DNA from: Macrostomum lignano
Taxonomy: Eukaryota
Length of the DNA: 64,000 nt
NCBI GenBank assembly: GCA_002269645.1
Contig: NIVC01003051.1
Coordinates: 59,029-123,028 of the forward strand
Reading direction: 5' to 3'
Part shown: positions 35,149-54,535 of the stretch, piece after piece
Layout of the letters: each line of letters starts with the position of its first letter
Numbering within the stretch: position 1 is the stretch's first letter
The notes under the pieces: generated by a model
Told to the model about the DNA's origin: nothing
Databases searched by the model: none
Seen by the model: only the letters and a program-made list of their open reading frames with translations
Position numbers and translations under genes: made by a program

Positions 35149-36380
35149 AGACAGGTGTGATGGGGAGACAGGTGAGATGGGGAGACAGGTGAGATGGGGA
35201 GACAGGTGAGATGGGGAGACAGGTGAGATGGGGAGACAGGTGGGATGGGGAGACAGGTGAGATGGGGAGACAGGTGGGATGGGAAACAGGTGAGTTGTGG
35301 AGACAGGTGTGATTGGGAGACAGGTGTGATTAGGAGACAGGTGTGATTGGGAGACAGGTGTGATTGGGAGACAGGTGTGATTGGGAGACAGGTGAGATGG
35401 GGAGACAGGTGGGATGGGAAACAGGTGAGTTGTGGAGACAGGTGTGATTGGGAGACAGGTGTGATTAGGAGACAGGTGTGATTGGGAGACAGGTGTGATT
35501 GGGAGACAGGTGTGATTGGGAGACAGGTGAGATGGGGAGACAGGTGGGATGGGGAGACAGGTGAGATGGGGAGACAGGTGGGATGGGAAACAGGTGAGTT
35601 GTGGAGACAGGTGTGATTGGGAGACAGGTGTGATGGGGAGACAGGTGTGATTGGGAGACAGGTGTGATGGGGAGACAGGTGTGATTGGGAGACAGGTGTG
35701 ATGGGGAGACAGGTGTGATGGGGAGACAGGTGAGTTGTGGAGACAGGTGTGATGGGGAGACAGGTGTGATGGGGAGACAGGTGAGTTGTGGAGACAGGTG
35801 TGATGGGGAGACAGGTGAGTTGTGGAGACAGGTGTGATGGGGAGACAGGTGTGATTGGGAGACAGGTGAGTTGTGGAGACAGGTGAGATGGGGAGACAGG
35901 TATGATTGGGAGACAGGTGAGTTGTGGAGACAGGTGAGATGGGGAGATAGGTATGATTGGGAGACAGGTAAGTTGTGGAGACAGGTGAGATGAGGAGACA
36001 GGTATGATTGGGAGACAGGTGAGATGGGGAGACAGGTGAGATGGGGAGACAGGTATGATTGGGAGACAGGTGAGTTGTGGAGACAGGTGAGATGGGGAGA
36101 CAGGTATGATTGGGAGACAGGTGAGTTGTGGAGACAGGTGAGATAGGGAGACAGGTATGATTGGGAGACAGGAGAAATGAGATAGGTGAGAAGACAGGTG
36201 AGATGAGATAGGAGATGGGGGACAGGTGAGATGAGACGGGTGAGATGAGACGGGTGAGATGAGACGGGTGAGATGAGACGGGTGAGATGAGACGGGTGAG
36301 ATGAGACGGGTGAGATGAGACGGGTGAGATGAGACGGGTGAGATGAGACGGGTGAGATGAGACGGGTGAGATGAGACAGG
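35149..36380. repeat. 17-bp GGGGAGACAGGTGAGAT array grading into 14-bp GAGACGGGTGAGAT
   Basis: Direct tandem array. Confidence 0.95.
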
Positions 36381-36644
36381 AGAGATGAAATAATTCAGAT
36401 AAGACAGGGGAGATGCAATAGGTAAGAAGGGATGTCTAAGGCAAATAATGCCAGATGATTAAAACTTGATTTAGCTTAACTTTAACCATAGCATTCAATT
36501 TATATTAAACAGAAAGCCCTTTTAACTGAATCGAATTTGAATTCCAAAATCATTCACCACACATTCAAACTTTGCACCCTTCAGGTCTGATTGTTTACCG
36601 ATTATCTATATGTTCCTGAGAGTTTTCCTTCACTGTCTGTCTGC

Positions 36645-37655
36645 TCCCTCCCCGTCTGTCCGCCCTCTCCCCGTCTGTCCGCCCTCTCCCCGTCTGTCCG
36701 CCCTCTCCCCGTCTGTCCGCCCTCTCCCCGTCTGTCCGCCCTCCCTCCTTTTCCGCTCTCTCCCCGTCTTTCCGCACACTCCCCGTCTGTCCGCCCTATC
36801 CCCGTCTGTCCGCCCTCCCTCCTTTTCCGCCCTCTCCCCGTCTTTCCGCACACTCCCCGTCTGTCCGCCCTCTCCCCGTCTGTCCGCCCTCCCTCCTTTT
36901 CCGCCCTCTCCCCGTCTTTCCGCCCTCCCTCCTTTTCCGCCCTCTCCCCGTCTGTCCGCCCTCCCTCCTTTTCCGCCCTCTCCCCGTCTTTCCGCACACT
37001 CCCCGTCTATCCGCCCTCTCCCCGTCTGTCCGCCCTCCCTCCTTTTCCGCCCTCTCCCCGTCTTTCCGCCCTCCCCGCCTTTCCGCCCTCTCCCCGTCTG
37101 TCCGCCCTCCCTCCTTTTCCGCCCTCTCCCCGTCTTTCCGCACACTCCCCGTCTGTCCGCCCTCTCCCCGTCTGTCCGCCCTCCCTCCTTTTCCGCCCTC
37201 TCCCCGTCTGTCCGCCCTCCCTCCTTTTCCGCCCTCTCCCAGTCTTTCCGCTCCCTCCCCGTCTGTCCGCCCTCTCCCCGTCTGTCCGCCCTCCCTCCTT
37301 TTCCGCCCTCTCCCCGTCTGTCCGCCCTCCCTCCTTTTCCGCCCTCTCCCAGTCTTTCCGCTCCCTCCCCGTCTGTCCGCCCTCCCTCCTTTTCCGCTCT
37401 CTCCCCGTCTGTCCGCCCTCCCTCCTTTTCTGCTCTCTCCCCGTCTGTCCGCCCTCCCTCCTTTTCCGCTCTCTCCCCGTCTGTCCGCCCTCCCTCCTTT
37501 TCCGCCCTCTCCCCGTCTGTCCGCCCTCTCCCCGTCTTTCCGCCCTCTCCCCGTCTGTCCGCCCTCCCTCCTTTTCCGCCCTCTCCCCGTCTTTCCGCTC
37601 TCTCCGCGTCTGTCCGCCCTCTCCCTGTCTTTCCGCCCTCTCGTCTGTCCGCCCT
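36645..37655. repeat. Pyrimidine-rich minisatellite (CCGCCCTCTCCCCGTCTGT / CCGCCCTCCCTCCTTTT)
   Basis: Mixed 17-19-bp units. Confidence 0.95.
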
Positions 37656-38693
37656 CTCTCTTTTCATTTCCCCAAGCTTCATATACTTTCCAAGCCCTCA
37701 ACTTGAACCATGATTTTTAATCAGTCTCATTGTTTCCAGCAATAGCAATAAAACAATTAAAATTCTCAGTTTGATTTCATTAATAGTAAATACAGTTTCA
37801 AAAAATGCAGTAGGCATTGTTTTCTAAACTTTCTCTTCTTTAGCTAAATGCGCACTGCTCTTCTGCGGCTAAAGCCAACCTTAGCCTAAAGGCCGCGGTA
37901 ATTAATATTGCATAAGGCGGAGGGCATCGGGCTGGGGTCCGGTGAGTAGACAAAAAACCCAGTCCGCCGCAAGCTTCCAACTCCCTGGTGAGTTCTCGTC
38001 GAGCCCTGAAAAAGTCGATGAAAAATAAAAAAGAGAGAAGTAGAAAGTCAACCGCTGGGTCTTGCCGGGGACACCCGGACAGCTGCTGACGGGAGCTCAA
38101 GAATGACAGATGGGCTCCGGCTTACTTGATGAAAGCATCTCTCTGCACCCCCAATGTTCCAGCAGCTGGTCTTTATCTTGGTCGCTCATCTCTACGCTAT
38201 GGGATCTCATCCAAGGGAGAAGAATTAAGATAAATATGCACAACTATCCAGGGATGCTGCGGACACGGGGTCTCCTTCCCTTGCCTTCATCAAAAAAGAA
38301 ACTAGAAAGAGAGAAGCTTATTGATTTTCTAGTTTGCCTCTCTGCGCTCAAGATGAGGCTCCAGGAATGCTTTAGGAGTTTGAGAACAACATTTGACTTT
38401 ATGGCTTACCCACCAGCTACTACTATAATATTTACTTGGAACTTCAGAAGCACCCATTGTTAATGATTACGTTAGCTATTAGCTATATGGGTATGAAAAT
38501 ATCTGATAGAAATTTGATGGTACACCCGCTGCAGTCCGAGTATGCAGTGAGTGATTCAATTTTACCGTGAAGATGCCCACAAACTCCCAATGAGTTGGAG
38601 TGATTGTGGGAGGAGGGAAAGGGAGAGAGAGCTGTTTGGACTTTTGCTTGGAATTCTGTTTTTTTGGCCATCTTCCTTCTGCTGGAGTACTGT

Positions 38694-39260
38694 CCAACTG
38701 TCTATCTACCCGACTGTCTATCTACCCGACTGTCTATCTACCCGACTGTCTGTCTACCCGACTGTCTATCTACCCGACTGTCTGTCTACCCGACTGTCTG
38801 TCTACCCGACTGTCTGTCTACCCGACTATCTATCTACCGGCTATCTATGCACCTAACCTATCTATATACCCAACTTATCTGTCTACCCGACTGTCTATCT
38901 ACCCGACTGTCTGTCTACCCGACTGTCTGTCTACCCGACTGTCTATCTACCCGACTGTCTATCTACCCAACTGTCTATCTACCCGACTGTCTATCTACCC
39001 AACTGTCTATCTACCCGACTGTCTGTCTACCCGACTGTCTATCTACCCGACTGTCTATCTACCCGACTGTCTGTCTACCCGACTGTCTATCTACCCAACT
39101 ATCTACACGACTGTCTATCTACTCGACTATCCATCTACCCGACTATCTATCCCCCGGACGATCTAACCAAATCTACTACATATGTATTTTATTATTTAAA
39201 GAACCTATCTATCTAACCGTCTATCTGCCTGACTAAATACCCTAGCTACCTCTACCAACC
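38694..39260. repeat. 16-bp array CTACCCGACTGTCT(A/G)T
   Basis: Direct tandem array. Confidence 0.93.
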
Positions 39261-39729
39261 GTCTATCTACTCATCTATCAATCCAGATATTTAGATCCTT
39301 TCTATTAACCTAATCTAATCCACTCGCATCACTTGCATCAGCAGTCATAAAAAATAATAAAAAAAGACTAAACTGAACGCAAAAAGTTTCTTTATTAAAC
39401 AGATCAAAAACTAAGGTAACTTAAATCGCTGCATGAATCTGTTTTTTAAAGGTAAGCTAAAATATGAAAATTATGACCACGCGACATTGTTTTTATTCGT
39501 GTTAAATGTATCGAGGCAATCTCATCATTAAAGAGAATCAAATGAGAAGTTGAAGAGAGCCAAGTGGCCCATCGTTCAGCTGGTATATTTAGCTAGAAAT
39601 TAGTAGCAAAACATTTTCATGTTCGGAAAAATTGTACATTTTGGTAAATGTAAGTTTCAATGTTCGCATGGTGGACAAAAACTGGATAGAAGGGTGATAG
39701 CCAACAGTGACAGGGTGCCTAAATACAGT

Positions 39730-39730
<1 letters not shown>

Positions 39731-39810
<80 letters not shown>

Positions 39811-39878
39811 CACAGAAAGACAGACAGACAGACAGACACACAGACAGACAGACAGACATACAGACAGACAGACAGTCG

Positions 39879-39930
<52 letters not shown>

Positions 39931-39932
39931 GG
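39731..39932. repeat. (GACA)n microsatellite
   Basis: Seen directly; others at 44150-44343, 53113-53402 and 55485-55880. Confidence 0.97.
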
Positions 39933-40289
39933 CAGTCTGAATGAGGCATTTTTAAAACAATGTTGTCATGGATGTTATGAACACATTGAGCGTACAGCAT
40001 TATTAAAACAACTTTGTCAGAAGTGAACGTTTGTACGCAATTGCAATCAAAGAATGAAAACACGAGTTATAATAGTGTTTGCATAGCACGGAATTGAATG
40101 AAATTTCTAAATGAACTAAATAAGTAATAACAGTGCGACATGATCAACCTGACAACCCGAGGTATTGGTTTTTTGTTATAATTTTTGGCGAATGACCTGT
40201 TATTGTCAGATTGTATCTGTCTCTCTGTGTATCTGACCCATATTTATTCTTACCTTCGTATTTTCTCTGACGCTGACTCGGACTATCTG

Positions 40290-40575
40290 ATTTTATCACT
40301 ATCTGACTCTCACACTAGCTGACTGTCACACTAGCTGACTCTCACACTATCTGACTCTCTCACTATATGACTCTCTCACTATCTGACTCTCTCACTATCT
40401 GACTCCTCTCACTATCTGACTCTCACAATATCTGACTCTCTCAATATCTGACTCTCACACTATCTGACTCTCAATATCTGACTCTCACACTTTCTGACTC
40501 TCAATATCTGACTCTCTCAATATCTCACTCTCTGACTCGTTATCTGACTCTTTCAATAAGACTTTCTGACTCTCT
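40290..40575. repeat. CTATCTGACTCTCA(CA)-type array just beyond the iGluR stop
   Basis: 16-18-bp imperfect units. Confidence 0.88.
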
Positions 40576-40653
40576 TCATTTTCCCCAAGTAGCAAGTAGC
40601 GGTTCTGTAAATGTAGAACCGAAACGCATGAAAAAATAGTTTGAAATAAAAGC

Positions 40654-46736
<6,083 letters not shown>

Positions 46737-47844
46737 GACTGCTGCTGTCCCGAAGGCCAAGTCAGAATTTCACTGCTCCATTTGGCAGGCGCGTCTGCTG
46801 CATGCGGCAGGACAAGATGGAAGTCATTAATATTCAGAGCCGGCAACAGGAAGAGATGTCTACTCGGGGATCCGGAGACGAAGAGGACGCGACCTCTGAG
46901 CGGCACGCACAAGCATGCCCAGTTCCTTGCGATCTCCTCGTCTCCGATTCTGTCTTTCTTTCTCTCTGGCTCGATTTGACGCCAAATTCGATGACCCCAA
47001 AAACCGGAGGCCGGAATTAAAATTTTAAATTCCAATATACGGAAACGAATTTGAGCGAGCGAAACAACACGACGGCTGCGCTGACGACTGAAATGTCGGG
47101 TTTGTTGATGCTCTCGGATGCTCTTCCTGCTGTTTTCTGGGTGCCGGTCTTCTTTCTTGATTATTTTCTGCACCAAAGCCTGCAGAAGCGATGATGCTGC
47201 ATCTCTTCTTAGGCCGGGGCCAATCATAGCTCACCTACGAAGTCCCCCCCTGTCACAGTGCAGCGCTATGTCCCACAAAACTACCCAGTGAATGTCAAGA
47301 GCGAGAATTTGACGTGTTGAAATTACGACATTTGACTTAAAGCTGGACTAATTTTTGTGCTAAATGAAGAGCACAAAGGTTTGGAAACTGCAACACAAAC
47401 CAAAGCTCCCGCGTACTGCCCGTATTTACACGGGCAACGAAATTTGCTGAGCCTCCTGGCTCACAATAAGATTATGAATCATTTTAATCGATGCGCTCAT
47501 TTTATCCACATTACTGATGTGCATTGTTAATTTTATGCACATTTCTATTAATTTAAATCGTACTTACGCTCGTACAAATCCAGATTTTATTTGTTCACTC
47601 TCTTTCATCTCCCCTCTCTGTCCTCTCTCCCCTCTCTTTCCCTCTTTCTAACCCTGTCTCTCCCTCTCTCTCCTTCTCTATCCCCTCTCCCCCCATCTCT
47701 CCTCTCTCTCCCTCTCTCCCCCTCTCCCCTCTCTCTCCTCTCTCTCCCTCTCCCCCTCTGTCAGTCTCTCTCCCTCTTTCTCTCTCTCAATGCTTATTTT
47801 TGTCCAAGTCGTATTGATGAAATTTCAAAAAATTAAACGGTAAC

Positions 47845-48152
47845 GGAAATGGCGCCTCTTCAAATGAAATGGCGCCCCCTCAACTGAAATGGCGCCCACT
47901 TAAATGAAATGGCGCCCTCTCAACTGAAATGGCGCCCACTAAAATGAAATGGCGCCCTCCCAATTGAAATGGCGCCTCCTCAAATGAAATGGCGCCCTCC
48001 AAACTGAAATGGCGCCCACTTAAATGAAATGGCGCCCTCTCAACAGAAATGGCGCCCACTAAAATGAAATGGCGCCCTCTCAACTGAAATGGCGCCTCCT
48101 CAAATGAAATAGCGCCCTGTAAACTGAAATGGCGTCCCCTGAAATAAAATGG
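47845..48152. repeat. 18-19-bp array GAAATGGCGCCC...
   Basis: About 16 copies; a CT-rich tract lies at 47595-47790. Confidence 0.9.
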
Positions 48153-48789
48153 CACCAAGTTTTAAACCAAAACCGCATTGGGTTCTCATTAAAGAGTTCC
48201 CTTATTAAGCATATGCCGTTTGGCGGTCCTTGAACTCTGCGAGATCTCTGGAACACAGCTCGCACCGGCGAGCGCCGTATATAAGCACGCGCCATAGGAG
48301 CTCGAGCCGGTTCTCGCTGTCATCGTAATAAAACAAATTCCCCAGAGTATTTGACCGCGCGACCAAAAACTGCGACTGTCTCATCTTTCATCCTCCGCAC
48401 GCGGCTCGGCAACTCGGACTGTCCGGCCCACCAGAGTTGCCGCCTAATTAGATGCCAAATGTTTTACTTAGCAGATATGCAGTTATATTATACTAACAGT
48501 ATTATATAGCGCCTAGCCCGCAGAATTCCAAATTAGGGGGGCAAGTTGTAAGCTGTGTGACTGTTGGCCCTGCGAGTATGACCGAGGTGCATCTACCATT
48601 GCAACGGGGTTAATAAAGTACATCTGTGTGTGCGAGGGTTTGGAGGAATTATTTAAAGCTATAGATCGTATAAAAAGAAAATTAGGCCAATTAAAACTTT
48701 ATAAAATAGATATTTTTTATTTGAAGTCAGTTTAGTTTTGTTAAGATACCTCCAGAAATACATGTAGCAGGTCTGGTTGTGATAAACTA

Positions 48790-49570
48790 TAAGAGACAGG
48801 GGCGCCCACCAAGAGACAGGGGCGCCCCCCCACCAAGAGACAGGGGCGCCCCCCCACCAATAGACAGGGGCGCCCCCCCCCCACCAAGAGACAGGTGCGC
48901 CCCCCCACCAAGAGACAGGGGCGCCCCCCCACCAAGAGACAGGGGCGCCCCCCCACCAAGAGACAGGTGCGCCTCCCCCCCCCACCAAGAGACAGGTGCG
49001 CCCCCTCGCCAAGAGACAGGGGCGCCCACCAAGAGACAGGGGCGCCCACCAAGAGACAGGGGCGCCCCCCCACCAAGAGACAGGTGCGCCCCCCCACCAA
49101 GAGACAGGGGCGCCCCCACCAAGAGACAGGTGCGCCCCTCCCACCAAGAGACAGGTGCGCCCCCCCACCAATAGACAGGGGCGCCCCCCACCAAGAGACA
49201 GGTGCGCCCCCCACCACCAAGAGACAGGTGCGCCCCCCCACCAAGAAACAGGTGCGCCCCCCCCCACCAAGAGACAGGGGCGCCCCCACCAAGAGACAGG
49301 TGCGCCCCCCCACCAAGAGACAGGGGCGCCCCCACCAATAGACAGGGGCGCCCCCCCCCCACCAAGAGACAGGTGCGCCCCCCCACCAAGAGACAGGGGC
49401 GCCCCCCACCAAGAGACAGGTGCGCCCCCCACCACCAAGAGACAGGTGCGCCCCCCCACCAAGAAACAGGTGCGCCCCCCCCCACCAAGAGACAGGGGCG
49501 CTCCCCACCACACCAAGAAACAGGGGCGCCCCCCACCAAGAGACAGGGGCGCCCCCCACCAAGAGACAGA
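48790..49570. repeat. Minisatellite CCACCAAGAGACAGG(GG/TG)CGCCCCC with variable C-runs
   Basis: Direct tandem array. Confidence 0.95.
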
Positions 49571-49616
49571 GGGCTATACTAACGCGGCGCTCTGATGTTA
49601 TAATTTGGGTCTAAAA

Positions 49617-49836
49617 TGGAATCTCGGATTGGCTCTGCTCGTGAAATTAACGCCAAACTTGAGGGCCAAACCCCCAAGGCACAGTGAAGTGTACATGCCC
49701 AACGATAAATAAAGTCAGAGCCGCTGTAAACTCCTGTGTGAATTTGTGCCTGTGCGTATGACTGCTCAGGGGGAGTCGGTGGAATGGGCATGAGTAATGC
49801 CTCTCGCCGGTTGTGAGACAATGTCACTTGAAGTGC
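49617..49836 (+). repeat. About 215-bp dispersed repeat, copy 1
   Basis: Collinear with 56619-56831, with scattered substitutions and small indels. Confidence 0.85.
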
Positions 49837-50871
49837 GACTGCCTCAAATAAAAACCCAAAGCACACAGTCATGACTGACGCCTTTTCAGAGGCGTACAAA
49901 AAAGGATAATTAGCTGTAGCTCGCTTGATCCCCTTTAGTCGTTTAAGTCTTTATACCGTTTTATCCACTATGCATATCATATCTATGCAAACGCGGCTAA
50001 TTAGACTGATTGACTGCTTCTCATTTTCTTTTTTTTGCTTCGCCCCCATGACCCATAATGAATTCTGGAGCTTTGGCGAGGTCTGAACTGAGTGGAGAAG
50101 AGATTGATGGCCTTGAGCTGAGTAGATGAATGATAAATCGTCAATCTTTGACAAATGATGGATCGAATTGAAGAACTTTCATGTAATATTCCTTTTTATT
50201 GCTCGGTGAAGAAATCACACGACAGCTGCCTTGGTCAACACTATTCTCCGCTCAAACGGAATCGAACCAAGGACCATGGCGCTAGAGTCAGAACAGTTGT
50301 CCTGGTAAACTAATGACCCAAAATGCACGCATCCATAAAAACATCGCGAACTCATTTGACCTTCACCAAACTTTTCACAGAGCCTTCAAAAACTGCTAAT
50401 TGATGGGAGGTCCCGGAAAAAATCAATGATTTTAAGAAACAATTAGGAAATAAATTTCCAAAAAGACGTGCAAAGTTTTTTCTCTGCAAATTGACAATGT
50501 TCTTGCTAATTTACCATTTCTGTCACTTTGCTTTTCATTCACTACTGTCAATCAGTAGCATGATCGTGTTTTTTGCAATTTCTGCAGATGACTTATTTTC
50601 TTGTCAATAAAAAAATAAATGATCAAAATGGACAAGATGCTTTAGTCGCTGAATATTTTTGGAAGCATACAATTTTCCAAGCAAGGCATGCTGTTTAAAT
50701 CATTATATTGTATTTTAAAATACGAGTCAGTTACACAATTTAGAATTATTACTTATGTTAATTACAAGACGCACATACTTTCTACTAATATGCACAATCT
50801 ACTTTACTGACCTACAATATCGCGAATATCCATCATCCATGCTGACATTAACGAGCGTACTTATAAAGATA

Positions 50872-51512
50872 GTCAGCCAATCAGAGCGATCGGCTATACA
50901 GTCCCCTGAGAATCCAAACTCTATCCCCTATGAATCTCCCAGCCAATCAGCGATCGGCTACACAGTCCCCCTGAGAATCCAAACTGTATCCCCTATGAAT
51001 CTTCTATCCAATCAGCAATCAGCTACGCAGTCCCCCTGAGAATCCAAACTCTATCCCTATAAATCTTCCAGCTAATCAGCAATCAGCTACACAGTCCCCC
51101 TGAGAATCCAAACTCTACCCCTATAAATCTTCCAGCCAATCAGCGATCGGCTACACAGTCCCCCTGAGAATCCAAACTGTATCCCCTATGAATCTCCCAG
51201 CCAATCAGAGATCGGCTACACAGTCCCCCTGAGAATCCAAACTCCATCCCTATGAATCTTCCAGCCAATCAGAGATCGGCTACACAGTCCCCCTGAGAAT
51301 CCAAACTCCATCCCTATGAATCTTCCAGCCAATCAGAGATCGGCTACACAGTCCCCCTGAGAATCCAAAATCTACCCCCTAAAAATCTTCCAGCCAATCA
51401 GCGATCGGCTGAGTCGGAGCCAAACAAAACTCTACCCCCGGAAAGGTTCCAGCCAATCAGCAAAGAGCTAGGCATTCCCTCTGTTCTTCCAAAAGCGCCC
51501 AGCCAATCAGCA
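50872..51512. repeat. 64-65-bp tandem array with AGCCAATCAG in nearly every unit
   Basis: About 10 copies, starting within 10 bp of the COQ5 stop codon. Confidence 0.9.
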
Positions 51513-51516
51513 TAGA

Positions 51517-52990
51517 TCACTTGACACTCGGCAGCTTATACCCGGAGTGAATGCAACACACTCCAGGCCAGAGAACTTCATAATTAACAGCAGAAAATCC
51601 AGCCTCTCGCATCATATTAGCAAACAATGTCTGATGAGGGAATCTACGAATACTTTCAACTAGGTATTCGTAGGAGTCCCAGTCTCCGGCTACGAGCAGG
51701 CCCATCGGAGGAATCACTCGGAAGCTGTACTCGTCATACAAGATCGACAATAGAGGATTTTCAACCGAGCAGAACTCCAAGCAGGCAAACCGGCCGTAGG
51801 GCTTCAAAACTCGATGAGCCTCTCGCAGTACGCCAGGCAGATCTGTGCAGTTCCGCATTCCGAAAGCGATGGTGTACAAATCGCTAGAGGCCTCGTCCAA
51901 TGGCAGAGACTCAGCCCGGCCTTCCAGCCATTGGATTGAGCTGGCGAATGTTGAGCCTTTAGCCGAAGCTTTCGCACTGCCAACCTGCATCATGGATGGG
52001 CTGGGGTCCACGACGCTCACTGTGCAACCGGCAGGAGCTTCCGCTTCGGCAGCGGCTGTTTGACGTTCTGCGGCCTCTCGGAATGAGTCCACACTGCGTG
52101 GAGACAAGGGGATAGGCTCTGGCTGAGGGAGCGCAATAGCTGATCTCATATGCCTTGCAACTGAGGATCTGGGAGGCTGGTTGCCTACAGCAACAGAAGA
52201 TCTGGGAGGCTGGTTGCATAGCAATTGAGGATCTGGGAGTCTGGTTGCCTAGCAACTGAGGATCTGGGAGGCTGGTTGCCTACAGCAACAGAGGATCTGG
52301 GTGGCTGCATGGTTGCCTAGCAACAGAGGATCTGGGAGGCTGGTTGCCTATAGCAACGGAGGATCTGGGAGGCTGGTTGCCTAGCAACTGAGAATCTGGG
52401 TGGCTGCATGATTGCCTAGCAACTGAGGATCTGAAGGCTGGTTGCCTAGCAACTGAAGATCTGGGAGGCTGGTTGCCTAGCAACTGTACTTCTGGGAGGC
52501 TGGTTGCCTACAGCAACAGAGGATCTGGGAGGCTGGTTGCCTATAGCAACGGAGGATCTGGGAGGCTAGTTGCCTAGCAACTGAGGAACTCTCACCTGCC
52601 GTCCCCGGGCGCTACCCTGACAGGAGGTGGCGCCCTTCCAGGCAGCTTTCGACTCCACTCCAGCAGTCCCAGCGCAATGTCACCGGTGCCTCCGGCCACG
52701 TCGACAACTCGCCAACCTGGCCGAGGATTCGCCGAAGCAACGAACCGCCTCTTCCAGCACCGGTGCAGGCCAGCGCTCATCAAGTCGTTCATCACATCGT
52801 AACTGTTTGACACCCGGTTGAACACCTGGTTGACTCGGTCCTGCTTCTGGCCCGGTTCAACTTCTTCGAAACCGAACGAAGTGTCGAAGCCGCCTGGCTG
52901 ATGGATTTGACGGCGGGCGACACCAAAGCAGCTGCTGCTGCTGGTTGCCGGGCTGCGGCTGATGCAGCGGAGAAGCTGACGGCATTGCAT
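51517..52990 (-). CDS. COQ5: 2-methoxy-6-polyprenyl-1,4-benzoquinol methylase (UbiE/COQ5), 2 exons, 323 aa
   Basis: Exons 52990-52596 and 52093-51517 (phase 2); FGFEEV...[10 protein letters not shown]...[63 protein letters not shown]. Confidence 0.96.
52150..52590. repeat. 30-34-bp array CTGGGAGGCTGGTTGCCTAGCAACTGAGGAT in the COQ5 intron
   Basis: Direct tandem array. Confidence 0.92.
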
Positions 52991-53166
52991 TTTAGGGATG
53001 AACAGAATTTGAAAGTGAGAAGTTTAATTTTGTCATTTAAATAAAAAACGACTATTCAAAAGATTTAGCTAAAATCTCTTGTTGATGGTTAAGAAAAAAA
53101 ACATGCAAGCTTTGACAGACCGACAGACAGACAGGCAGGCAGACAGACAGACAGACAGACAGAAAA

Positions 53167-53223
<57 letters not shown>

Positions 53224-53261
53224 AAGACAGACAGGCAGGCAGACAGACAGACAGACAGAAA

Positions 53262-53294
<33 letters not shown>

Positions 53295-53296
53295 AA

Positions 53297-53365
<69 letters not shown>

Positions 53366-53789
53366 GCAGCAAACACAGAGAGAGCAGACAGACAGACAGA
53401 AACCTCAGTAGATCATAGTTGAAGAACATACGCGTAGCACCAGCTTATTGAGTTAATTTTTTGCTGTCCTGTGCTCAGTCAATGAGCTACATTTCTACTA
53501 CTGCGAGTAGACGAATGTGGTTGTTTAGAAGTATTCAGTCGTCTCTCCCAGAGTTTCACGTTAACTGTCCCCTCAGCCATGGCTTTCGCATTACTCAGCC
53601 AGAAGAGCACAGGACATATAAAAATTCTATTTACAAGCAGACAGAGAAAACTCAATTGCCTTGGGAGAGGTCGGTGGAATACTAGGATAAAACCGTGGAG
53701 ATCTCGATGCAGATCTGCATGGTTTATCTCTAAACAGTCGTCTTAAAGTCGTCATTTGAAAGCCAGACGAGGGAGGAAAGAAAGGGGAG

Positions 53790-54535
53790 TACATGAGAGA
53801 GAAGAGGAAAGAGAAGATGAGAGAGATGAGAGGAGAGGAGAGAAGAGATGAGAGGAGGGATGAGAGAAAAGACGAGAGAGAGGATAGAAGAGAGAAGAGA
53901 AGAGAGGAGGGAGAAGAGGAGAGATCAGACGAGAGAAGAGAGTGGGGAGAGGAGAGAAGAGAGTGGGGAGAGGAGAGAAGAGAGTGAGGAGAGGAGAGAA
54001 GAGAGTGGGGAGAGGAGAGAGGAGAGGAGAGGAGAGAGAGGAGAGGAGAGAAGAGAGTGGGGGGAGGAGAGAAGAGAGTGAGGAGAGGAGAGAAGAGAGT
54101 GGGGAGAGGAGAGAGAGGAGAGGAGAGGAGAGAGTGAGGAGAGGAGAGAAGAGAGTGGGGAGAGGAGAGAGAGGAGAGGAGAGGAGAGAGAGGAGAGGAG
54201 AGAAGAGAGTGGGGAGAGGAGAGAAGAGAGTGAGGAGAGGAGAGAAGAGAGTGGGGAGAGGAGAGAAGAGAGTGGGGAGAGGAGAGAAGAGAGTGAGGAG
54301 AGGAGAGAAGAGAGTGGGGAGAGGAGAGAGAGGAGAGGAGAGGAGAGAGTGAGGAGAGGAGAGAAGAGAGTGGGGAGAGGAGAGAGAGGAGAGGAGAGGA
54401 GAGAGAGAGGAGAGGAGAGAAGAGAGTGGGGAGAGGAGAGAAGAGAGTGGGAGAGGAGACAAGAGAGTGAGGAGAGAAGAGAAGAGGAGAGGAGAGGAGA
54501 GAGTGAGGAGAGGAGAGAAGAGAGCTGAGAAGAGA
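53790..54535. repeat. GA-rich low-complexity array (GAGAGGAGAGAAGAGAGTGGG)
   Basis: Seen directly; the complementary CT-rich array is at 56985-58047. Confidence 0.93.

Noticed and set aside
31953-37713. 350-512-aa ORFs (SQSPSH, CCHLY and PPSPRL repeats)
   Set aside because: Intronic satellites; only 33319-33574 is a real PanK-like exon.
36573-40030. Candidate final PanK-like exons
   Set aside because: The acceptors tested give immediate stops or peptides lacking the FLxHEGYxGA motif.
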